From Octopus bimaculoides (taxonomy: Eukaryota), in contig NC_068986.1 in the NCBI RefSeq assembly GCF_001194135.2, positions 9,858,775-9,922,774 on the forward strand: a stretch of 64,000 nt of DNA, given 5' to 3'. Within the stretch, counting starts at the first letter, position 1. Every line of letters starts with the position of its first letter. The notes under the pieces are model-generated. The model was given only the letters and a program-made list of their open reading frames with translations. It was not told where the DNA came from and did no database searches. A program made the translations under genes and the position numbers. Below, piece by piece: positions 24,965-37,140 of the stretch.

Positions 24965-25335
24965 CTTTTGTTTCAGTCATTTGACTGCGGCCATGCTGGG
25001 GCACTGCCTTTAGTCGAACAAATCGACCCCAAGACTTATTCTTAGTAAGCCAAGTACTTATTCTATTGGTCTCTTTTGCCAAACTGCTAAGTTATGGGGA
25101 TGTAAACACACCAGCACCGGTTGTCAAGCAATGTTGGAGGGACAAACACAAACACACACACACATACACACACAATGGGCTTGTTTCAGTTTCTGCCTAC
25201 AAAATCCACTCACAAGGCTTTGGTCGGCTCGAGGCTATAGTAGAAGACACTTGCCTGAGGTGCTATGCAGTGGGACTGAACCCGGAACCATGTGGTTGGG
25301 GAGCAAGCTACTTACCACACAGCCACTCCTGCGCC
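24965..25335 (-). mobile_element. tRNA-derived SINE family B (representative copy)
   Basis: Head GGCTGTGTGGTAAG...GGTTCAGTCCCACTG, internal (AC)n, tail ...CAGCATGGCCGCAGTCAAATGACTGAAAC. Other copies approx. 2500, 5230, 8750, 17850, 22195 (+) and 13350, 17330, 27365, 31320, 45215, 49340, 50405 (-). Confidence 0.85.
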
Positions 25336-25520
25336 TCATAGCCACTCCCGTGTCTCACAGCCACTCTTATTATTGAAGAATTGTGATCAAAGTTCAGAGG
25401 ATAATCAAAGACATGAAATTTATATAAAATTTACAAGAAGAAAAGTGAGTAACACTGTCAGAATAATAAATTTGACCATTCTGACTGTTCCAATCATTTA
25501 TTGATTCCTGTAATTGATCA

Positions 25521-25556
25521 CTGATGAAATGTTTCTCTGCTGTGAAACTTTGAGTC
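25521..25556 (+). ncRNA. Degenerate hammerhead core
   Basis: CTGATGA-AATGTTTCTCTGCTGT-GAAA-CTTTGAG-TC; core intact, stems I and II eroded. Confidence 0.4.
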
Positions 25557-26065
25557 AACCCAGTTGGCTCTTAACTTCCTTTTACAGATTTGTGGAGGTG
25601 AACAAGTGTAAAAATGGTGTTTTCGTTGCAGCTTCTGCTGCTTTTTGTTTTATATGGATTGTTCCAGATGTCACCCAAAGATCTCAGCAAGTTGGAAATT
25701 TTACTCCAGCTTCTGCTGCTGTTATTGTTGTTGTTGTTGCTGCCAGCTGGTAGACCCATTAGCACATCAAACAAAATGCTTAGCAGTATTTCTTCCACTT
25801 CTTTGTTTTGGGTTCAAATCCATCAACATTCCCCTTTTACCTTTTCAGGGATGATAAAATTAAACACCGGTCATACACTGGGGTTTGATGTAATTGATTA
25901 AACCCCTTCCCCAAATTTCAGATGTTGTGCCTATAGCAGAAAGGATTATTATTATTATTATTATTAACACTAATTTATTTTTTAATCAGTTCTCAGTTTT
26001 TACAAATGGTAAAACACTCATTAAATATCTCACTGTATTTACATTCATAGTTTTATATTCTAGCC

Positions 26066-26247
26066 CAGTGGTTCCCAACCTGGGGTCTGGAGACCCCAGG
26101 TGGTCTGTGGACCTTGAAGGTCTGCAAAGGTAGTACTGGGGGTCTGTGAACATGTTAAGCTGACAGACCTTTCAATATCCTGTGTTCCGTGGGAAAACTC
26201 ATTTAAATAAAAGGAGTCCTTGGTAAGGAAAAGGTTGGGGACCACTG
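26066..26247. mobile_element. hAT-Charlie-like MITE
   Basis: TIRs CAGTGGTTCCCAAC / GTTGGGGACCACTG; degenerate 8-bp TSD TTCTAGCC / TTCTAATC. Confidence 0.75.
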
Positions 26248-26720
26248 TTCTAATCCCTCAGAAATTGGTATTGCTTTTTTATCTGACTAAAATAGGGATC
26301 TCTTGAGACTAGTTCTACCAATGACTTCGCTTCAAATTCATGGCTCTGTTCTAATGTTAGAAATCAATGATTGCCATGGAAGTAATGATTGTTGTTGCAG
26401 CAGCAGTAGTAGTAGTAGTAGTACAAGTTACTGTTCAGATGTTGAGCCCCACAGGGGGGATGACAAGGGACCGAGATCTCTGGTGATTTGCTGTGCTTGA
26501 GAAGACACCTTGAGCCAAGTAAAATCACAGTCTCCCCTCACAGCTGGTGGTGGGGTTGTTGTCTTGCAACCTTCTTGGGTGACCCAGTTTACTCTGTTGG
26601 CGTTAGGAAGAGCATCCCCAGACAGTTGGACCCCTGGTGCAGCTCTCCAGCCTTGCCAGCTCCTGTCAAACCATCTAACCCATACCAGCATGGAAAAGCA
26701 GACGTTAAAAGATGAGGATG

Positions 26721-26910
26721 TAGTAGAAGCAGCTGTTGCAGTAGAAGCAGTAGTAGTAGTAGTAGCAGCAACAGTAGTAATAGTAGCAGCAGCAGCAACA
26801 GTAGTAATAGTAGCAGCAGCAGCAACAGTAGTAATAGTAGCAGCAGCAGCAACAGTAGTAATAGTAGTAGTAACAGTAGTAGTAGTATTAGTAGTGGTAG
26901 TAGCGGCGGC
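26721..26910. repeat. Compound CAG/TAG/AAC trinucleotide repeat with a 27-bp higher-order unit
   Basis: CAACAGTAGTAATAGTAG recurs at 26769, 26796, 26823 and 26850. Confidence 0.9.
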
Positions 26911-26964
26911 AGTAATGGTGGTTGGCATTGTCTTAATTTGTCTCTTCTCTTTGTATTGTGAAAG

Positions 26965-27196
26965 TCTCTTGTAGATGAGAATGGTCGTACTTTGGTGAAC
27001 AGGTATGCGGAGAAAGTTGTAAGTTTGGTGAAGTCTGGACACTATGCGGAGGCTACGCGCATGTGGCGTGCAACCGAGGGTGTTGTTGCAAATTTAACTG
27101 GAGGCGTCAACTGGTACAACATACTGCAGTGGTCACCACAAGGGAAGATGGACAGTTACCAAAGCCTGGAATTTATCGATACACCACAACACCTAA
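26965..27196 (+). CDS. SCPEP1: SCPEP1-like exon 7 (SLVDENGRTLVNRYAEKVV...GGVNWYNILQW...LEFIDTPQHL)
   Basis: GTGAAAG| acceptor after a pyrimidine tract, in frame after exon 6; GVNWYNIL motif. The 3' end uses a weaker phase-1 donor A|GTATAA. Confidence 0.88.
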
Positions 27197-28713
27197 GTAT
27201 AAAACATCTTTAATGCTTTTCAATTAGAATATTTCCTATGTGTTATGGATGGTTATTGTTCATATTGGTGGTGGTGGCGCTTGTAAATCCAAATTTGCCT
27301 ATCCAGTGTGAAAGCTCTATGAAGCTCTGTTAGTAACCCCAATTTAGACAACATGATATCTTTTATCTGTCATTAGACTGTGGCCATACTGGGGCACGAG
27401 GTTGAAGAATTTTTAGTGAAATGGATCCCAGTATTTACTTTTTCCTTAAAGCATGGTACTTGTTCTATTGGTCTCTTTTACCGAGTCACTAAATTACAAG
27501 GATGTAAACAAACCAACACCAGTTGTCAAGCAGTGGCAGAGGACAAGCACAAAAGCAAACACAGAGAGAGAAATATATATATATATATATATATATGATG
27601 GGCTTCTTTCAGTTTCCGTCTGCCAAATGCACTCATAAGATTCTGGTGAACATGAGGCTTTAGTAGAAGACACTTGCCATGCAGTGGAACTGAACCTAGA
27701 ACCATGTGGTTGGGAAGCAAGTTTCTTACCACACAGCAATGAGTGCACTTATGCCATGCCTGTGCTTATATCGCAACAGGGACCTTTGAGCCACCCTCAA
27801 TGTTCTGAGTTTGATTGCTGGACTGGGCAGCACATTGTGTTCTTGAGCAAGACACTTCACTTCTCATTTGCTCCAATTCACTCAGCTGCGAATGAGTGAA
27901 CCCTGCAATGGACTGGCTTTTTGATCTGGCCAGCAGGGTGAAGCAATGCTTAATGTGATGTGCCTTGTGACCAGTGACATATACCATCCAATAGTCTGGT
28001 CAATACTTTGATCAAGTGATCGATTATCTACAACATGTGTTATATATATGTATATATATATATATATTAGATATGGTTGCTGTGAAGGGAGCTGTAGCCA
28101 CAGCCTGGACACATCTTTGTCTCCTTGTCTTTCTGTGACCCCATCAAATATTACTTCATCCGATAGGATTATATAAATAAACCTCAGTTAAATATCAGAT
28201 GTGACATGTTCTGATCATTGGGGATGAAAATGGGTTTTAGGAAGGAGTATGTTAAGGGCCGTGATGCTGAGGTTTGAAGGGAGGTGGGGTTAGACACTAC
28301 AACCTCTTGCTTTTCATTACCTGTCAGCTGAAACACAAGGGAACACCTTCCCCCCCCCTGCTCATTTCCATCACTGCTGACCACAAAATCAACAAGACCT
28401 GCAAAACAAACTGCTGCAGTGTTGAGGTGTATTGTATTCAAACACAACGACTTCTCTGGGTTCTGTGAATATCAGAAATGTTTATGGTACTGCTTGGAAT
28501 TAGCAGTAATGATAGAGATTCTGATTAGATACAGACATGGTCCCAGGGCAGATTAAAGCTATTAACCTGCCCAAGAGCAAGACTTTATTCAACTACCAAA
28601 TATTGGTTACTTCAGTACCAGAAATCTTTGCAAGAACTAATGTGAGGGAGGTGGGTGAAAGCTATTAATCCCTTTTGGTACCAATCTGCCTGAAACTATC
28701 CCTGGTTCTACAA

Positions 28714-29089
28714 NNNNNNNNNNNNNNNNNNNNNNNNNNNNNNNNNNNNNNNNNNNNNNNNNNNNNNNNNNNNNNNNNNNNNNNNNNNNNNNNNNNNNNN
28801 NNNNNNNNNNNNNNNNNNNNNNNNNNNNNNNNNNNNNNNNNNNNNNNNNNNNNNNNNNNNNNNNNNNNNNNNNNNNNNNNNNNNNNNNNNNNNNNNNNNN
28901 NNNNNNNNNNNNNNNNNNNNNNNNNNNNNNNNNNNNNNNNNNNNNNNNNNNNNNNNNNNNNNNNNNNNNNNNNNNNNNNNNNNNNNNNNNNNNNNNNNNN
29001 NNNNNNNNNNNNNNNNNNNNNNNNNNNNNNNNNNNNNNNNNNNNNNNNNNNNNNNNNNNNNNNNNNNNNNNNNNNNNNNNNNNNNNNNN
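28714..29089. other. Assembly gap (one of 11)
   Basis: N runs: 3632-4198, 24063-24646, 28714-29089, 30632-30676, 34099-35005, 36970-37021, 41753-42670, 45849-46368, 48251-48592, 52225-52864, 54921-55460. Confidence 1.
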
Positions 29090-29346
29090 CCCATCACATG
29101 TGGTTTGGGGAAGTAAGTTCCACATTTTTCCAATCAGAAAACTTCACACAATCGCTTTTTTTCTTGCAGGATTTAGAAATCTTTATAGGTTTTATAGTTA
29201 AATGGGAGGGGGAGGGGGCGGGGTTAGTCATAAATTCTTTGTTGGTTGTTCATAATAATAGGTAGGCTCCTGCATGTGAAGACAAGAATATCCTTACTTA
29301 ATATTTATTTCAGTTTTCACATATTTAATTACCTGCATCATTTATA

Positions 29347-29721
29347 CAGGGTGATTGAAAAGTTGCCATACATAGAAACAGTTTATCTTTTTTATAAGAA
29401 ACAGTTTATAAGAACAGTTTTTCTTTTTATCTAACAGGCTCTTATATGGTTACCATTGTTTTGAATACACATTGCAATACGTTTACCCCAATCATTGTGA
29501 ACTCGTAATAGCACTTCTGGTGATACATGTACAAATGCGTTGGTGATGCTTTCCTTCAAATGATTTATGTCTTATCTTTCCGCGATACACCATGCCTTTC
29601 AAATGCCCCCAAAGATAGAAATCAAGAGAGGGTCAGATTAGGGAATCTGGGGGATCTTATAATCCATTTCTTATAAAAAAAATAAATTTTTCCTATGTAT
29701 GAAGACTTTTGAATCACCCTA
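29347..29721 (-). mobile_element. Internally deleted Tc1/mariner element with both TIRs
   Basis: TA-CAGGGTGATTGAAAAGT ... ACTTTTGAATCACCCTA-TA; the interior encodes P.LDFYLWGHLK...R...CIQNNG.H on minus. Confidence 0.8.
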
Positions 29722-30568
29722 TATTTATCTGTATTATCATTATTTAATGTCCATGTCCCCTGATGGCATAGGTTGGGTGATTAGAAAGGATCCACTGGGT
29801 CTAAGGACTGCATTGTGCTCTATTGTGTGCTTTGGCATGGCTTCTATGGCTGGATACCGTTCCTAATACTAACCACTTTACAGAGTGTACCGATTGCTTT
29901 CTTTGTGCCATTAGTATTAGTGAAGTGACCAATTGGTTTATGAGACTATCCTGAAAGAAACAGCTCAATGCTAGGAGACAAAGGGTTGAAGTATGAGAGA
30001 AGGGGTCAGAGCAGAACAGGTTTCTGGCTGTAGAGGAGCTATGTGGCTCTTCACGTTTTAGAAGATGGGAATATTGGGGTGGAACTCTCACCAGTATTAA
30101 TGTGCTCATAGAAACATTTAAATGGAAAACTAACAGAGAAATTAGCAGTCTTTACATGTGGGAGACGCGCAGGTACTTTAAACATCATCAGGAATGCGCA
30201 AAAAATAGACTCCCTCAAATGTCAGAGGGATCCTTAGAAGTAGTAGACAGTAGTAGATAAAGGGATATAATAAATATCCTGGAAACAGCTGTAAGACCTT
30301 CAATTTATAAATGTTCTAAAATCTTCACAGCCTTGGTTTTTTATCTCATTCTGAAAAAAATTCTTTATATATACACATGCTGATATATGATCTGCCATTG
30401 GAATTTACTCACAAGGTATTGGAATCTTATATGTATACTATTCTGCCTAAATAATGGATCTACAGATGCAATATCCCTGCATATCTCACATCTATTTTCA
30501 TTCCTCCACTTCACTCTCTATTTCGTATCTTATCTAAATTAACTATTGCTTAACCATCCCCTCACATC

Positions 30569-30616
30569 GTCTCTGATGAAGGGATATAATAAATATCCCG
30601 GAAACAGCTGTAAGAC
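30569..30616 (+). ncRNA. Minimal type I hammerhead ribozyme with palindromic stem III
   Basis: GTCT-CTGATGA-A-GGGATAT-AATAA-ATATCCC-G-GAAA-CAGCTG-TA-AGAC; ACAGCTGT palindrome; GUA cleavage triplet. Confidence 0.8.
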
Positions 30617-33530
30617 CTTCTCATATATAATNNNNNNNNNNNNNNNNNNNNNNNNNNNNNNNNNNNNNNNNNNNNNTATATATATATATATATATATATA
30701 TATCATCATCATCATCATCATCATCATCGTTTAACGTCCGCTTTCCATGCTAGCATGGGTTGGACGATTTGACTGAGGACTGGTGAAACCGGATGGCAAC
30801 ACCAGGCTCCAATCTAATATATAATATATATATCTTATATATATATAAACCTAAGATGGGGTGAGATAATAAGATAATTTTTCTTTAATCTGTTAAGTGG
30901 AAAAGAAATAACATAAAGAATTATTCAGCAAGTAAATTTTATCAGAAACAACCTGACTGGTGAAAACAAAAACCCTAATTTCATTATTCTTATCAGGAGA
31001 ATGTCATGAGAATGACCTTAGAATTCACAGCTTGAGGACTAACTCATCATTCACCACCACCACTGTCATGATGTGCACTTTTCCCTGCTTGCACGAGTCA
31101 GACAAAATTCATTGAGGCAGGTTTTCCTTGGCTGGCTGCCCTTCCTGTTGCCAATTGTCAGTGGTTTCCTAGGAAGGTAATATTTCCCCAGGGCCATTTC
31201 AGGGGAAACTGGAAGTTATCAACACTACTTATAAGATGGTGATGGTTGTTTTACAGCTGCCACGTAATGTGCAGACAATGAGTGAGAGAGAGAGAGACAC
31301 ACACACACACACACAATTGGATTCTTTCAGTTTCTGTTTACCAAAATCTAGTTGCAAGGCTCTCAACAGCCCAAGTAGAAGACACTTTCCCAAAGTGCCC
31401 CACAGCAGGACTGAACCTGAAGCCCTGTGGTTGTGAAGCCAACTTCTTAAGCTATGCCTGCATCTTTTTATCAAGATCCACAGTTTGGCCATAAATATTT
31501 GATTCCAAAGACCAAAGAGAATGGAACTCTAGTAATATTTTGGATTTGTCATTGTGTGCTAAGGTCTCTCTCTCTCTTAAATTGTGCTGGAGTAGAGGTC
31601 TCCTTTTGCTGGGGCGAGGTGGGGGTGTTGGGCCATTATAACCCAATATTCCCTCTGCACCCAAACATGCAAAATGTTGGCAGAAAATGCAAGAGCAAAG
31701 AATTTAGTTTGATTCTTGTTAATTTCTCAGTTCAGAATTGTTCAAGGTTGACTAAACTTCCCTTCATCCCAGGAAGGTGAGAATGTGGTGAAGTGGAGGA
31801 CTTCAGTTGAATCCCTCTCTATCCCAAATTCAAGCCACATTAGGCGTCATCTTTGCTGTTCTTTGTTCAAAACTGGAAGTTACTCAGTACCAGTAATATA
31901 CCAGGCAAGAGGAGTATTTCAATGGTAACCCCAACCCCAATTCATTCCATTTGAAAGACCTAACTTTATGTCTAATCAAAAGAACTCTGTTTATCAGGAT
32001 TGTAAAAGTGGCTGAGTGGTAAGGTGTTGGACCAGCAACATAGAGAGCTTCAGTTCAAATCTCCCTTTCTACATTGTTTTACTTGGCTGTCAGGAATTGA
32101 TCTCAGATCATCTGGGAATGTTATTTTCAATGGATTAGCAGCTTATCCAGGAGATTTCTCTCTCACCTGTGGGCCTCACCACAGACTTGGAGCTAAGTAA
32201 ACATTTTGGTCTTTCAACAGTTTTGCATTCATCAAGATAGAAAATTTGTTTGTCTTTCATTTGCAAAGCTATCCAAGGCTTCCTCTTCTGTAATGGACAG
32301 TGCGGCCATGCAGGCCACTGATTCACCAGGACTGCTTTTGCTTATATTACACCTTCTCTATGATGAAGTTAAGGAACCAATGGCATTTCATTGTCAGGTG
32401 ATCATTGCTGTAAAAAAATCCTACCAAGACAGTCACAGGTGCAGGCTTCTGCCTGGCTGGCTTTTGTGAAACCGTCCCACCCATGCTAGCATGGAAAGTA
32501 GATGTTAAACGATGATGATGATGATATATATATATATAATTTCTGTGTTTCTTATTGAACATTTTGGGATTTTTGGAAGTTTTCCCAGAATCTAAGAAGT
32601 GAACTTAAACAATACATGTCGTACACATTTATCTATATACATGTAGAAACTCTGCCAAATTAGATTGGAGCCTGGTGTTGCCATCCGGTTTTCACCAGTC
32701 CTCAGTAAAATCGTCCAACCCATGCTAGCATGGAAAGCGGACGTTAAACGATGATGATGATGATGATGATATTACATACATACTTATATACATCCGTTCT
32801 ATTTTATTCTCTGAAAAAGAAATCCACCTGAAAATCACCTTGTATATCTCAGGACATTTCGTCTTTAATTTCTACACTCGTTCACACTTTTATCATCATC
32901 ATAAATTTGCATATTCGTAGAAATTTACAAATCAATGTTTCAAAATAAATTGTTCCTATCTGTGATTCACATCTGTTCATTAAAATAAGAATATCAAACT
33001 AGTTGTCAACACATATCTACGGAAACAAAAGGATTGTGAGAGGATTGGGGGTGGGGGGGTGGCAGATGGTTTTTCTGACGAGGAAAGAATTTATGCATGA
33101 CCTGGTGGTAGTGGTGGAGGGGAGCAGTGGTTTTATGTCAGTGAGACAAATTAGAACAAACAAAACAATAAAACTCGTACAAAACTATGTCACAATTTGC
33201 TGTGAAAATAACATTTGAACTTAATGACCAAACATTTGAGTCTTTTATCTTCACTCCGCTGATATTATTATTAAGGTGGTGGGCTGGTAGAATTGTTGGC
33301 ACGCCAGGTAAAAATGCCTAGCAGCATTTTGTCAGTCTTTTATGTTCCGAGTTCAATCTTGCCTTTTGCTCTTTTGCAATTTATGCCCTTCCTGGAACTT
33401 ACTGGCCTTGCACCAAAATTTGAAGCTATTATTATTATTATAGGACTCACACATTCTTTGTTTTGTCCTGTTGATAATGTTTTTCTTAATATAAACCCTT
33501 GTGGTTAATAAAGAAATCATTATTATTATT

Positions 33531-33836
33531 ATAGACGTCGCACAGTATACAATATTGTAAGGTTGTTGATTGAAGATATTGTGTCTACCAGGGGTTTGTA
33601 CTGTTTTGTCAAGTCACAACAAGGACCTTAGACAAACAGTAATATGTGTGCGGTACCAAGTAATGCCAACTTTTGCAATACATCTCGATTGTAGGGTATT
33701 TCTAAGGTTTTCAGATGTTTTTCAGATTGGGTGGTAATGAACCCAATGCTTCGAAGACAATAGGGATAACCTTTATATTCGACCCTTGTAGCTGCCACAT
33801 CTTAGCGATCTCAATTCTCAGGTCTCCATATTTATT
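33531..33836 (-). mobile_element. R4/Dong-like (RLE) non-LTR retrotransposon C-terminus in a (TAA)n array
   Basis: KYGDLRIEIAKMW...VIPIV.EALG...HL.TL.IP...LQKLALLGTAHIL*; (ATT)n on both flanks. Confidence 0.8.
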
Positions 33837-33870
33837 AACTTTTTATTATTATTATTATTATTATTATTAA

Positions 33871-35214
33871 AAGACTGCAAACAAACAGGAAACAACTTCT
33901 ATCTCATTCCAGGGTGAAAAACTAGAGGTAGTCGATAGCTTCCGCTATCTGGGCGACCAAGTTAGTAGTGGGGGTGGGTGCGCTGAAAGTGTAGCTGCTA
34001 GAATAAGAATAGCCTGGGCAAAGTTTAGAGAGCTCTTACCCCTGCTGGCGACAAAGGGACTCTCACTCAGAGTAAAAGGCAGACTGTATGACGCATGCNN
34101 NNNNNNNNNNNNNNNNNNNNNNNNNNNNNNNNNNNNNNNNNNNNNNNNNNNNNNNNNNNNNNNNNNNNNNNNNNNNNNNNNNNNNNNNNNNNNNNNNNNN
34201 NNNNNNNNNNNNNNNNNNNNNNNNNNNNNNNNNNNNNNNNNNNNNNNNNNNNNNNNNNNNNNNNNNNNNNNNNNNNNNNNNNNNNNNNNNNNNNNNNNNN
34301 NNNNNNNNNNNNNNNNNNNNNNNNNNNNNNNNNNNNNNNNNNNNNNNNNNNNNNNNNNNNNNNNNNNNNNNNNNNNNNNNNNNNNNNNNNNNNNNNNNNN
34401 NNNNNNNNNNNNNNNNNNNNNNNNNNNNNNNNNNNNNNNNNNNNNNNNNNNNNNNNNNNNNNNNNNNNNNNNNNNNNNNNNNNNNNNNNNNNNNNNNNNN
34501 NNNNNNNNNNNNNNNNNNNNNNNNNNNNNNNNNNNNNNNNNNNNNNNNNNNNNNNNNNNNNNNNNNNNNNNNNNNNNNNNNNNNNNNNNNNNNNNNNNNN
34601 NNNNNNNNNNNNNNNNNNNNNNNNNNNNNNNNNNNNNNNNNNNNNNNNNNNNNNNNNNNNNNNNNNNNNNNNNNNNNNNNNNNNNNNNNNNNNNNNNNNN
34701 NNNNNNNNNNNNNNNNNNNNNNNNNNNNNNNNNNNNNNNNNNNNNNNNNNNNNNNNNNNNNNNNNNNNNNNNNNNNNNNNNNNNNNNNNNNNNNNNNNNN
34801 NNNNNNNNNNNNNNNNNNNNNNNNNNNNNNNNNNNNNNNNNNNNNNNNNNNNNNNNNNNNNNNNNNNNNNNNNNNNNNNNNNNNNNNNNNNNNNNNNNNN
34901 NNNNNNNNNNNNNNNNNNNNNNNNNNNNNNNNNNNNNNNNNNNNNNNNNNNNNNNNNNNNNNNNNNNNNNNNNNNNNNNNNNNNNNNNNNNNNNNNNNNN
35001 NNNNNGCGTGGCCGTTTTCGTGCAGGTGACACGTAAAAGCACCCACTACACTCTCTGAGTGGTTGGCGTTAGGAAGGGCATCCAGCTGTAGAAACTCTGC
35101 CAAATCAGACTGGAGCCTGGTGTTGCCATCCGGTTTCACCAGTCCTCAGTCAAATCGTCCAACCCATGCCAGCATGGAAAGCGGACGTTAAACGATGATG
35201 ATGATGATGATGAT
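33871..35214 (+). mobile_element. 5'-truncated RTE-clade LINE (RT thumb, gap, 3' UTR with (GAT)n tail)
   Basis: GEKLEVVDSFRYLGDQVSSGGGCAESVAARIRIAWAKFRELLPLL...RLYDAC; after the gap, the tail GGAAAGCGGACGTTAAAC(GAT)n. Confidence 0.9.
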
Positions 35215-36099
35215 TATTAAGGCGGTAAGCTGGCAGAATCGTTAGCACACCAAGAGAAATGCTTAGCAGTATTTTGTCTGTTGCTACGTTCTGAGCTCAA
35301 ATTCCGCCGTGGTTGACTTTGCCTTTCATCCTTTCGAGGTTGATTAAAAAAGTACCAGTTATGCACTGAGGTTGATGTAATTGACTTGATCCCTTCTCCC
35401 AAATTTGAGGCCTTGCTCTTCCAGTAGAAAGGATTATTATTTTTGTCATTGTTGTTCAGGTGGTGTGCTATAAGATTGTGGTTTTTTTTCTATTTGTGGA
35501 GTGGGCAATGCATTGTTTTTTGTTTCATGTTGCTCCTGCCCACTCAGCTGTCAAAAATGAGTAATCTTGTGATGGATTTGAATCTTGTCCAGGGGCAGTC
35601 TATATTTGACACAGAATCCAAGAAACTGATTTTGTGAACTTAGGGCTTGGGAAGGACCATTTTGAGGTCGAATCAAAAGCGGCACCCATTTTCTGGGAAG
35701 TCAGTGGTTTCTTTCTGTCTTTTGCAGGTTATTACTGAGTTTTAAAACCTGGATTATATATATAGCCTGTTGTTTATACTCTTTAACCTCAACCTGACCT
35801 CTTGCAACGAGAAGAAATGTATTCTAGACAGGAAAGCTTTAATGGGTGCAGTAGCGAATTAGAAAGCAGAAATGAAGTGCAACAAAGTGAAATGAATTGA
35901 ACTATACATAAACAGGAAGATAATTTATATAGCAGGGGAATGAAGGATCGGTCGTCAATCTAGTGCTATCAAGTAGTTGCAGGAAAGGAGGACAGGTGCA
36001 CTTGGCTGCCCTGCAAATTCAGGTAAACAAGATGGTGATATTGTTTTTCAGTCTCGTTTTGCAGGTTATTTATTGACAGTTTTGAAAGTTAAATTTACA

Positions 36100-37140
36100 T
36101 CAAGCTGACCCATGAATTCACTTTCAATAAATCAATGCAGCTGTGAAACTTCACAACAAATGCAATGGAAACCAATCGTTGATTTTAACTCACCACAAGG
36201 AAGAAACCCTTTAAATTGTCAAGAAACTTGAAACAACAGGATCAGTAGCCATTGTAACAAAAAAAAAAAGGTCTGGTTGTCCAAAAATGGCTACAAATGA
36301 AACGATGTCTGAATATCATCAGAACCTGTGAGGAGCTCCACAAAAGTCAACTTACCATTTACCTGCACAGATTGGAGTGAGCCAAACGTTATGCATATCC
36401 TTCAGCAGAAAAAAATGGAAGCCTTACATTTCATGCCCTTCATGATGGAGATGATGACCGCTGTCTTCAATTTTGCAAGAGATCTTGGCTAAACTTGACG
36501 GAGACACATCAATGCTGGGCAGCATCTGGTGGTCAGACGAGGTCCATTTCAAGCTCAATAGCACAATTAACAGACATAATTGTGCCTACCAGGCTGAGGA
36601 GAATCCAAGAGTGATGCGTGATCGGGAAGTGGACTTACCTGGTGTGACATTTCGGGCAGCTACATCTTTGTTAGGAATAACCAGCCTCTTTTACTTTGAG
36701 GGAGCTGTCACTGGGGAGAAGTACCTGGATATACTACAAACATTGTTTTGGCCCAGGGCACTGTTATATAAGATAGCACCCCACCTCATTATGGTTGAAA
36801 ATTTGTCAGTGGCTTGATAAAACTTTCCTGGAAAGTGGTCCGATTGAGTGGCCTGCACACTCCCCCAGACCTCACACTGGCAGATTTCTTTCTTTGGGGA
36901 ACCCTTTGTGAAAAGCTTTTTACTATCCAGGAATTGAAAGTTAAAATTACTGAAAAGTTTGAGGAAATTNNNNNNNNNNNNNNNNNNNNNNNNNNNNNNN
37001 NNNNNNNNNNNNNNNNNNNNNGTGTGTGTGTGTGTGTGTGTGTGTGTGACTCTGTACCTGCTGGATTGCAATTGTGCATTAACCATGAAGGAAGATACTT
37101 TGAACATGGCACACTTCTTGCACACTAATATAAATTGCAA
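36100..37140 (+). mobile_element. Degenerate Tc1/mariner (maT-like) transposase, interrupted by a gap and (GT)n
   Basis: KKLETTGSV..RSG.P (HTH region), WWSDEVHFKL, G.VTGEKYLDILQ, W...SPDLT.ADFFLWG, CINHEGRYFEH. Confidence 0.85.

Noticed and set aside
26428-27042. Poly-T/A, poly-V/A and poly-L ORFs
   Set aside because: Translations of the triplet repeat; the frame matching exon 7 has a TGA just before the acceptor.
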